Program-made: the position numbers and the translations under genes
Assembly: GCA_964016885.1 (NCBI GenBank)
Contig: OZ024753.1
Span: forward strand, 25,420,001-25,484,000
DNA from: Eledone cirrhosa
Lineage: Eukaryota
Direction: 5' to 3'
DNA length: 64,000 bases
Notes under the pieces: generated by a model
The model's database searches: none
What the model was told of the DNA's origin: nothing
Seen by the model: only the letters and a program-made list of their open reading frames with translations
In this document: piece by piece, positions 54,301 through 63,768 of the stretch
Position numbering within the stretch: the first letter of the stretch is position 1
Layout of the letters: the number at the start of each line of letters is the position of its first letter

Positions 54301-57300
54301 CAGCAGTCAAGAAGGAATTAAAGAAGGAGAGGAGAAGGAGTGACACACTCCACCCCAGTTTCAGCAGTCAAGAAGATATTAAAGAAGGAGAGGAGAAGGA
54401 GTGACACACTCCACCCCAGTTTCAGCAGTCAAGAAGAAATTAAAGAAGGAGAAGAGAAGGAGTGACACACTCCACCCCAGTTTCAGCAGTCAAGGAGAAA
54501 TTAAAGAAGGAGAAGAGAAGGAGTGACACACCCCACCCGAGTTTCAACAGACAAGAAGAAATTAAAGAAGGAGAAGAGAAGGAGTGACACACTCCACCCC
54601 AGTTTCAACAGTCAAGAAGATATTAAAGAAGGAAAAGAGAAGGAGTGACACACTCCACCTCAGTTTCAACAGACAAGAAGAAATTAAAGAAGGAGAAGAG
54701 AAGGAGTGACACACTCCACCCCAGTTCCAGCAGTCAAGAAGAAATTAAAGAAGGAGAAGAGAAGGAGTGACACACTCCACCCCAGTTTCAGCAGACAAGA
54801 GGAAATTAAAGAAGGAAAAGAGAAGGAGTGACACGCTGCACCCCAGTTTCAGCAGACATGAAGAAACTAAAGAAGGAGAGTAGAAGGAGTGACACACTCC
54901 ACCCCAGTTTCAGCAGTCAAAAAGATATTAAAGAAGGAAAAGAGAAGGAGTGACACACTCCACACCAGTTTCAGCAGACAAGAGGAAATTAAAGAAGGAA
55001 AAGAGAAGGAGTGACACACTCCACACCAGTTTCAGCAGTCAAGAAGAAATTAAAGAAGGAAAAGAGAAGGAGTGACACGCTGCACCCCAGTTTCAGCAGA
55101 CATGAAGAAACTAAAGAAGGAGAGTAGAAGGAGTGACACACTCCACCCCAGTTTCAGCAGTCAAAAAGATATTAAAGAAGGAAAAGAGAAGGAGTGACAC
55201 ACTCCACCCCAGTTTCAGCAGACAAGAGGAAATTAAAGAAGGAAAAGAGAAGGAGTGACACACTCCACCCCAGTTTCAGCAGTCAAAAAGATATTAAAGA
55301 AGGAAAAGAGAAGGAGTGACACACTCCACCCCAGTTTCAGCAGACAAGAGGAAATTAAAGAAGGAAAAGAGAAGGAGTGACACACTCCACCCCAGTTTCA
55401 GCAGACATGAAGAAACTAAAGAAGGAGAGTAGAAGGAGTGACACACTCCACCCCAGTTTCAGCAGTCAAAAAGATATTAAAGAAGGAGAGGAGAAGGAGT
55501 GACACACTCCACACCAGTTTCATCAGTCAAGAAGAAATTAAAGAAGGAAAAGAGAAGGAGTGACACACTCCACCCCAGTTTCAGCAGACAAGTAGAAATT
55601 AAAGAAGGAAAAGAAAAGGAGTGACACACTCCACCCCAGTTTCAGCAGTCAAGAAGATATTAAAGAAGGAGAAGAGAAGGAGTGACACACTCCACCCCAG
55701 TTTCAGCAGTCAAGAAGATATTAAAGAAGGAGAAGAGAAAGAGTGACACACTCCACCCCAGTTTCAACAGACAAGAAGAAATTAAAGAAGGAGAAGAGAA
55801 GGAGTGACACACTCCACCCCAGTTTCAGCAGTCAAGAAGAAATTAAAGAAGGAGAAGAGAAGGAGTGACACACTCCACCCAAGTTTCAGCAGTCAAGGAG
55901 AAATTAAAGAAGGAGAAGAGAAGGAGTGACACACTCCACCCCAGTTTCAGCAGACAAGAGGAAATTAAAGAAGGAGAAGAGAAGGAGTGAGACACTCCAC
56001 CCCAGTTTCAGCAGACAAGAAGAAATTAAAGAAGGAGAAGAGAAGGAGTGACACACTCCACCCCAGTTTCAGCAGACAGGAAGAAATTAAAGAAGGAGAA
56101 GAGAAGGAGTGACACACTCCACCCCAGTTTCAGCAGACAAGAAGAAATTAAAGGAGAAGAGAAGGAGTGACACACTCCACCCCAGTTTCAGCAGTCAAGA
56201 AGATATTAAAGAAGGAGAAGAGAAGGAGTGACACACTCCACCCCAGTTTCAACAGACAAGAAGATATTAACGAAGGAAAAGAGAAGGAGTGACACACTCC
56301 ACCCCAGTTTCAGCAGACAAGAAGAAATTAAAGAAGGAGAAGAGAAAGAGTGACACACTCCACCCCACTTTCAACAGACAAGAAGAAATTAAAGAAGGAG
56401 AAGAGAAGGAGTGACACACTCCACCCCAGTTTCAACAGACAAGAAGATATTAACGAAGGAAAAGAGAAGGAGTGACACACTCCACCCCAGTTTCAGCAGA
56501 CAAGAAGATATTAAAGAAGGATAAGAGAAGGGGTGACACACTCCACCCCAGTTTCAACAGACAAAAAGATATTAAAGAAGGAGAAGAGAAGGAGTGACAC
56601 ACTCCACCCCAGTTTCAGCAGACAAAAAGATATTAAAGAAGGAGAAGAGAAGGGGTGACACACTCCACCCCAGTTTCAACAGACAAAAAGATATTAAAGA
56701 AGGAGTAGAGAAGGAGTGACACACTCCACCCCAGTTTCAACAGACAAAAAGATATTAAAGAAGGAGTAGAGAAGGAGTGACACACTCCACCCCAGTTTCA
56801 ACAGACAAAAAGATATTAAAGAAGGAGAAGAGAAGGGGTGACACACTCCACCCCAGTTTCAACAGACAAAAAGATATTAAAGAAGGAGTAGAGAAGGAGT
56901 GACACACTCCACCCCAGTTTCAACAGACAAAAAGATATTAAAGAAGGAGTAGAGAAGGAGTGACACACTCCACCCCAGTTTCAACAGACAAAAAGATATT
57001 AAAGAAGGAGAAGAGAAGGAGTGACACACTCCACCTCAGTTTCAACAGACAAGAAGATATTAAAGAAGGAGAAGAGAAGGGGTGACACACTCCACCCCAG
57101 TTTCAACAGACAAAAAGATATTAAAGAAGGAGTAGAGAAGGAGTGACACACTCCACCTCAGTTTCAACAGACAAGAAGATATTAAAGAAGGAGAAGAGAA
57201 GGAGTGACACACTCCACCCCAGTTTCAACAGACAAAAAGATATTAAAGAAGGAGTAGAGAAGGAGTGACACACTCCACCCCAGTTTCAACAGACAAAAAG

Positions 57301-58269
57301 ATATTAAAGAAGGAGAAGAGAAGGAGTGACACACTCCACCCCAGTTTCAACAGACAAAAAGATATTAAAGAAGGAGTAGAGAAGGAGTGACACACTCCAC
57401 CCCAGTTTCAACAGACAAAAAGATATTAAAGAAGGAGAAGAGAAGGAGTGACACACTCCACCTCAGTTTCAACAGACAAGAAGATATTAAAGAAGGAGAA
57501 GAGAAGGGGTGACACACTCCACCCCAGTTTCAACAGACAAAAAGATATTAAAGAAGGAGAAGAGAAGGGGTGACACACTCCACCCCAGTTTCAACAGACA
57601 AAAAGATATTAAAGAAGGAGAAGAGAAGGGGTGACACACTCCACCCCAGTTTCAACAGACAAACAGATATTAAAGAAGGAGTAGAGAAGGAGTGACACAC
57701 TCCACCCCAGTTTCAACAGACAAAAAGATATTAAAGAAGGAGTAGAGAAGGAGTGACACACTCCACCCCAGTTTCAACAGACAAAAAGATATTAAAGAAG
57801 GAGAAGAGAAGGAGTGACACACTCCACCCCAGTTTCAACAGACAAAAAGATATTAAAGAAGGAGTAGAGAAGGAGTGACACACTCCACCCCAGTTTCAAC
57901 AGACAAAAAGATATTAAAGAAGGAGAAGAGAAGGGGTGACACACTCCACCCCAGTTTCAACAGACAAAAAGATATTAAAGAAGGAAAAGAGAAGGAGTGA
58001 CACACTCCACCTCAGTTTCAACAGACAAGAAGATATTAAAGAAGGAGAAGAGAAGGAGTGACACACTCCACCCCAGTTTCAGCAGTCAAGAAGATATTAA
58101 AGAAGGAGAAGAGAAGGAGTGACACACTCCACCCCAGTTTCAACAGACAAGAAGATATTAAAGAAGGAAAAGAGAAGGAGTGACACACTCCACCCCAGTT
58201 TCAACAGACAAGAAGATATTAAAGAAGGAAAAGAGAAGGGGTGACACAATCCACCCCAGTTTCAGCAGT
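3320..58269. repeat. ~55-kb satellite array of a ~61-bp monomer (about 900 copies), consensus GAAATTAAAGAAGGAGAAGAGAAGGAGTGACACACTCCACCCCAGTTTCARCAGWCAAGAA
   Basis: Head-to-tail monomers in one orientation throughout, with length variants of about 55, 58, 60 and 61 bp. No insertions seen. Both junctions with unique sequence lie inside the window. Copy number is estimated as length divided by unit size. Confidence 0.99.
8706..56290. repeat. Higher-order repeat domain within the satellite: about 5 copies of a ~9.4-10 kb (~155-monomer) unit
   Basis: Rare variants recur in the same order. The GCATTCAAGAAGATATTAAATAAGG monomer marks ORF starts 9010, 18417, 28435, 37840 and 47305. The AAGAAAGAAAAG monomer marks 12472, 20669, 31291, 41302 and 50766. 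Confidence 0.93.
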
Positions 58270-58397
58270 GCATTTTCATTATACAATTCTTTTTTATTAA
58301 AGAAAACAGTAAAATGCAATAAATTTAAGTTGCTTTGTGACACAGCATTCTTCTATTTAATTCCTTTATTTTTCCTGTTTCTTAACAGTAAGAGAGA

Positions 58398-58784
58398 CAT
58401 CATCGTCATCATTTTACGTCCCCTTTTCCCTGCTTTCCAGAGTGGGATGGGAACTGATTCTGGCTGGATTTCTACAGCTGGATGCCCTTCCTAACACCAA
58501 CCTCATTTACAGTGAGTGCTGGGTGCTTTTTATTTTGTGGCGCCTACACGTCCACTTGACAGTGAGTGCTGGGTGCTTTTTTGCCGTGGCACCCCCACGA
58601 CCACTTTGCAGTGGAATGATAGGGACCCCAATCCCTATCATCTCTTTTCTACAGCCGAGTAAACTGGAGCAATGGGAAATAAAGTATCTTGCTCCAGGAA
58701 ACAACACCTCACCCGGTCTGAGATTTGAACTCACAACCTTTCGATTGCAAGGCCAATGCTCTAACCACTAAGCCATGTGCCTCC
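58398..58784 (-). mobile_element. tRNA-derived SINE (CORE-like central domain, (GAT)n tail)
   Basis: Minus strand reads GGAGGCACATGGCTTAGTGGTTAGAGC (A box 58765-58775), then GAGTTCAAATC (B box 58722-58732), then GTTTCCTGGAGCAAGATACTTT (resembles the CORE-SINE GTCCTTGRGCAAG motif). The body carries AAAAAGCACCCAGCAC and TTAGGAAGGGCATCCAGCTGTAGAAA and ends in a GATGACGATGATG tail. The CORE assignment is from memory. Confidence 0.82.
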
Positions 58785-58853
58785 ATGTATAATACCTATA
58801 ATATAATGATTAGAGAACTGCAAGACTGTGTCCTCTTTATTAAAATAAGTTGG

Positions 58854-59028
58854 TGGATTGACAGAGTCGGTAGAGAGTCACATGCTTTCCAGCATAGATA
58901 CTTCCCTTCACGATCTGAATTCAAATCCCGCCGAGGTTAACATTGCCTTTCATCCTTACGGGGTCGATAAAATAAAGTACCAGTATTGTACTGGGTAATT
59001 GCTGGCCTTGTGCCAAAAGTAGAAACAA
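58854..59028 (+). mobile_element. tRNA-derived SINE with a 17-bp target-site duplication
   Basis: B-box-like GAATTCAAATCCC is followed by GCCTTTCATCCTTACGGGGTCGATAAAATAAAGTACCAG, which also occurs at ~60121 and in degenerate form at ~61095. It is flanked by the direct repeat TTATTAAAATAAGTTGG at 58837-58853 and 59029-59045. Confidence 0.88.
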
Positions 59029-59269
59029 TTATTAAAATAAGTTGGATTACTTTGAATAAATCACGAATGAATATTAAGTAATTTATCTACTAAATTTTAT
59101 AGCTCTTGATTGAACATTAATAATCTTATCTGTTAGAACACGAAAAGTGTGAAACACAGAATGTTCACTTTTCGTGTTCTAACATATATGCCTAGCTTCT
59201 TTAAAAATTTTTCGGGGATAGCCGTGGTGGTGGTGATCGTATGTCATTGGCTAATTTTCAACCAATCAG

Positions 59270-59640
59270 AGTACCTCTCTCTATATCTCTTCCACTGTTA
59301 CTTACGCCTGTTTCTCTCTATCTGTTCCGTCTCTATATATATCTCTTACTCTTTCGCTTTGCACTCCTCCCCTTCAATACCATCTCTCCCCCTCTCTATA
59401 TATTTGTTACTCTATCGCTGCACGCTCCTCTCCTTCAATATATCAATTACACACGCTTTACACTCCTTTATCCCCAGCGCCCCTATATATACACCCCCCT
59501 CTCCCGCATCTATATTTTAATGTACCGTTGCACCGTGAATATATGTGTCTATATATATATACATATATATTGTATATACACATTCATGTATGTGTATACA
59601 CATTCATGTATGTATATACACTGGTTTTATGTGTGTATTG
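59270..59640. repeat. Low-complexity CT-rich tract followed by a degenerate (TA)/(TG)/(CA) microsatellite
   Basis: Visible composition. It produces the spurious 123-aa and 138-aa ORFs. Confidence 0.8.
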
Positions 59641-59726
59641 TAAATTTGTACTGTTAAAACACGAAACTAACATTCGATTGACACTTTGATTACCTGTACA
59701 GGCAATAGTTATTAGAATGCTGTTGA

Positions 59727-59760
59727 AGTGTGTATATATTTTTGGGGGACATCCTGTATA
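59727..59760 (-). mobile_element. Possible solo terminal repeat of a Tc1/mariner-type MITE
   Basis: Minus strand TATACAGGATGTCCCCCAAAAATATATACACACT resembles TA-CAGGGTGTCC mariner-type ends. No partner end was found. Confidence 0.35.
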
Positions 59761-60120
59761 TACACACATTATATATAATACAATAAACAGATAAATACAC
59801 ACATATATATATGAGCTTATTTAATTATAAATATTGTGAATTTTTAACTCAGTTCAATTATATATATAAATGGCTTCTACAGGACTAGAACTGTTTCATT
59901 CGAAAGAAATCATCATAATATTGAGAGGGGGGACTAGATAAAATATTTCAAATCAAATGTGTATAAGTTATAAGTTAAAATGTATAAATAGAGACGATAG
60001 TGGAGGTATATCTGTTTAGTGGAACAGTAGACGATAGAATTAAATACAGACGATAATCTCCCTTTAATGAAACAGCAGACGATAGAATTAAGGCAATTTA
60101 AATTTTAAGCATTTGCATTT

Positions 60121-60171
60121 TTGCCTTTCATCGTTACGGGGTCGATAAAATAAAGTACCAGTAATACACTG
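60121..60171 (+). mobile_element. Fragment of the same SINE family as 58854-59028
   Basis: TTGCCTTTCATCGTTACGGGGTCGATAAAATAAAGTACCAGTA differs by one base from 58943-58985. Confidence 0.85.
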
Positions 60172-60527
60172 TCACTAGACGACTTTCAAATTGAATTGTT
60201 GGTTCCATTTCTTTAGTATTTTCAATTGTAGTTATCTACTTAAAAAGCGTTACACGGTTAGAGACATAATTCGTAAGTTATATCTTCCCTATTAAACCAT
60301 TGCATTATTTCGCCTACAATAGAACAAAAATGAAATGTTCTTTAAAGAAACAGGAATATAACTTTATAAAAAAAAAAGTTGCATCCGCTTCTTTTATCAT
60401 TGATAATTTTTTCGTTTTAATATTAATTGTTTTTTGTAGTTGTTTATATTAAAAATCTTACTGTAATATTTACTTAAACGAAGGCAAACATCTAAACTTA
60501 TAGATTAATCTTGAGCGAAGGACTAGA

Positions 60528-60531
<4 letters not shown>

Positions 60532-60611
<80 letters not shown>
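60532..60611. repeat. Compound (TC)n(TA)n microsatellite
   Basis: Directly visible. Confidence 0.97.
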
Positions 60612-60614
<3 letters not shown>

Positions 60615-60990
60615 GAAGAATGATAAAATTTCAAGCAAAGAGTTTAATTAGGTATATTTTGTAATATTATTAACTAATTATTATAATTAACGCGCATATT
60701 TTGCTATCCTCAAACACGTTTACACATGGCATGAAATATAACTAATCCGAGATGGCTAGGTTTCATCTTCTAACTGGATAAACGAAATCCATTATGTCTT
60801 GACAACAATATGAGGTAACATTATGTTATTCACAGACACACTTTGTACACTGTTCCATATCAGAATGTATTTCCTTCGTCACATTCACAAACAGTATTGA
60901 AAATATGTTCTTCGGCAAATAAAAATGTTTTGTTCATAATATTTCAACTAGCGATTGCTCTACTTCACGCACGACCACCATAAATTAATG

Positions 60991-61174
60991 ACCAGCTCAA
61001 CACAAGTATTGGTAGAGCGTCAGACACCATGCTTTGCAGTATTGTTATGGTCCTTTGCATTCTAAGTTCAAATCCTGCCGAGGTTAACTTCGACTTTCAT
61101 ACTTACTAATTCGATAAAATAAAGTACCAGTAATGGACTGCCGTAATGGATTTGTGCCGAAAAATAGAAACACT
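60991..61174 (+). mobile_element. Diverged copy of the 58854-59028 SINE family
   Basis: GGTAGAG...CATGCTTT...AGTTCAAATCCTGCCGAGGTTAAC...TCGATAAAATAAAGTACCAGTA...TTGTGCCGAAAAATAGAAAC is collinear with 58854-59028. ATTAATG on both sides may be a TSD remnant. Confidence 0.82.
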
Positions 61175-61728
61175 ATTAATGTGCAATAAGAGCAAAATAT
61201 AACGACATTGCTCAATTATTTTATCTAATGTTGTAATAACACAAGGAAATGTTGTTTGTGTATTTTTTTTTATATTTGCTCATAGGCTTTTACAATTTCG
61301 CTCAGCCAACAACTATTAAAAAGTGAGTTGCTTAAGATAACAATTTAATCACAAATTGTTGCTATCTTTTAATACACTCCAACAAGTCATCAAATTATGT
61401 ACAATAAAAACAAATCTTATTAATTTGCTCAGGGAATATAAAGAAAATGTATATACACTGATAATTGCAAATGTATGTAAATATTTTGTTTTTGTATTGT
61501 ATATTTTATGTTTTCTATTATGTATAATATATTGATTTAATATTGATTGTTTTTTGTAGTTGTTTATATTAAAAGTCTGAAAATATTTTTATACATCTTA
61601 CACTAATATTTATAAGATAATTTATAATAACAATTACATAATCTAATTACATTACAACGATAATTTATTATTAATATATATCCTGTTTAACTAGAGTTAT
61701 TACAAGCGTTGCCTTAAAAAAATATTAA

Positions 61729-62685
61729 ACTAGACATGAAAAATGCGCAAGCTCAAAAGTGCCACAGAATGTTATAATAAACCTTCAAAAGTGTGGGACT
61801 AGAGTTGTTGCTAAAAAATATTGTAATCATTATATATCGTACATTCTGTGGCATCCTTTATAAAAATAGCTTAAACCAACGAAGCCTTTATTTTTACGCT
61901 ATTTCACTTAGTTAATTCTTAGAGTGTAACATATAAAAATAAATACATCTATGTTTAATGTAATAACAGCTATAAATAATTACGTAATATTATTATCATA
62001 TACTCATAGTAACAAAATAATTGTGTTGAAACTTAATATGATGCTTATATGAACGATCAAATCTATAATGATAATTTCTTAAATATACTAATAGTAAAAT
62101 AATTTAGTTATCTATTGTTACATTTTCATAGAACTATAATATTAACAATCGTATTGCATTATCAAATTTTTATCACTACAAACTTTCATATTGGAATTAC
62201 CTTAAGCCACTTATTATTACTTCGCTTTCGTACTTTTACAGCTGTAGATATTGCGCTGTATCTTATATCTAATATCAATATCTCGTGGTAATTTGCATGA
62301 AGTGTAAAATAGGTTTATTAATAACTTTAATATGAAATGTATTATACAGGGCTGCGGAGTCGGTCAAAAATTGACTGGCTCCAACTCAGGATCCGATACT
62401 CCATTATTTCCTAAATTTCAGCTCCGCAGCTCTGTTATTATATTAATTAATTTATTTTATAGTTGTAAATCATATTTTTATATGTTACACTCTAAGAATT
62501 AACTAAGTGAAATAGCGTAAAAATAAAGGCTTCGTTGGTTTAAGCTATTTTTATAAAGGATGCCACAGAATGTACGATATATAATGATTACAATATTTTT
62601 TAGCAACAACTCTAGTCCCACACTTTTGAAGGTTTATTATAACATTCTGTGGCACTTTTGAGCTTGCGCATTTTTCATGTCTAGT
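61729..62685. repeat. Perfect 213-bp inverted repeat (arms 61729-61941 and 62473-62685, 531-bp spacer)
   Basis: Base-by-base reverse-complement comparison showed no mismatch or indel. The arm-end coordinates sum to 124414 at both ends. Confidence 0.96.
62347..62434. mobile_element. 88-bp hAT-like MITE
   Basis: TIRs CAGGGCTGCGGAG / CTCCGCAGCTCTG match at 12/13. Flanks GTATTATA / TTATTATA match at 7/8, consistent with the 8-bp hAT TSD and CAG-starting ends. Confidence 0.75.
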
Positions 62686-62725
62686 ATATAATGTATTGCT
62701 TATTTCAAGATTCACTTCTGTTTAA

Positions 62726-62946
62726 CCCTTTAGCATTTACATTACTCTATATATATACTATTATATTTTCACGGTAAAGGCTTTACCTTACATACTGATC
62801 TCTCATAATATCGAATCTGAGATTTGGATATTATTTATTTTGAGAACAATACCTTAACATATGTATAAGTGGCCAGTTATGGCCAGTTTGAACAGAAAGA
62901 GTTGAGAGAATTCTGGCCGGGTATGGCCGGTTTAAATGCTAAAGGG
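62726..62946. mobile_element. piggyBac-like MITE
   Basis: Perfect 14-bp TIRs CCCTTTAGCATTTA (62726-62739) / TAAATGCTAAAGGG (62933-62946), with CCC...GGG termini, TTAA on the left and TTTAA on the right. Confidence 0.8.
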
Positions 62947-63082
62947 TTTAAGTTTCAAATGTCAACGTCAGTTAGTGTTGATATAACATTTTGCCATAAT
63001 ACGATTTTATTCACAGTTGTGTAAATGCCATTACAAATGTAGTTATATTTCATTGTTTTAAAAACATAAGAAGAAAAAAAGC

Positions 63083-63280
63083 ACACAAGCAGGTAATACA
63101 CACATCTAGGAGTACATAAAATACACAAGCAGGTAATACACACATCTAAGACAACATACAACACACAAGCAGGTAATATACACATCTAGGACAACATACA
63201 ACACACAAGCAGGTAATAGACACATCTAGGACCAAATACAATACACAAGCAAGTAATACACACATCTAGGACCACATACA
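63083..63280. repeat. 40-bp minisatellite, 5 copies (ACACAAGCAGGTAATACACACATCTAGGACAACATACAAC)
   Basis: ACACAAGC occurs at 63083, 63123, 63163, 63203 and 63243. Confidence 0.95.
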
Positions 63281-63372
63281 GCAAAATTCAGGCGAAATGG
63301 GTGGACAAACGAACCGTTGCCAGAACAAAACATAAAGATATCGTGAGGAGCACTGGAAAACCTCTCTCTTGC

Positions 63373-63620
63373 ATGCTCCAATGGATGTGTAATAGTAATG
63401 AGAACGGCAAAGCATAAATGAACTGAGAGAGAAACTAGGGATAAGAGGAATCAAACGTAGTGTGCAGGAGAGATTACATTGGTATGGTCATGTAATGAGT
63501 ATGAAGGATGACAGCTGCATAAAAAGGTGCAGAGTGCTCAAAGTTGATGGAAGCCTTGGAGTGGAGAGACCCAGCCGACCTTGCCTAACACAGGACCAAG
63601 ATCTGAGGCAATACACAGTA
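63373..63620 (+). mobile_element. Decayed RTE-clade LINE ORF C-terminal fragment (different family from 1-730)
   Basis: MLQWMCN, then a frameshift, then ERQSINELREKLGIRGIKRSVQERLHWYGHVMSMKDDSCIKRCRVLKVDGSLGVERPSRPC. This matches the RTE MLRWMC...RL.W.GHV.R...G.R..GRP...W pattern. Confidence 0.82.
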
Positions 63621-63768
63621 ATACAGAAGACCTGACTTCCCATGAGCGCAAGCTGAAGCATATATACAGTATGCCCCAACCCATCCTCCCATACACCCCC
63701 ATGAGGACAGGCCAAAGTAAATGCATCCAGTCAAGTCCCCAGCCCACACTATAAAGTGGTTGTGTGAG

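Noticed and set aside
3320-58269. CRISPR-like array (palindromic repeat at ~61-bp period)
   Set aside because: There are no unique spacers because the whole unit repeats. There are no cas genes and the context is eukaryotic.
3320-58269. G-quadruplex or telomere-like function of the minus strand (GGGGTGGAG)
   Set aside because: There is only one run of three or more G per 61 bp and no TTAGGG repeats.
58710-58784. tRNA gene on the minus strand
   Set aside because: A and B boxes are present, but there is no convincing acceptor stem and it runs directly into SINE body sequence. It is a SINE head.
58180-59802. ORFs of 70-138 aa in the right flank
   Set aside because: They overlap the satellite end, SINEs and low-complexity CT/TA tracts, and show no recognisable domains.
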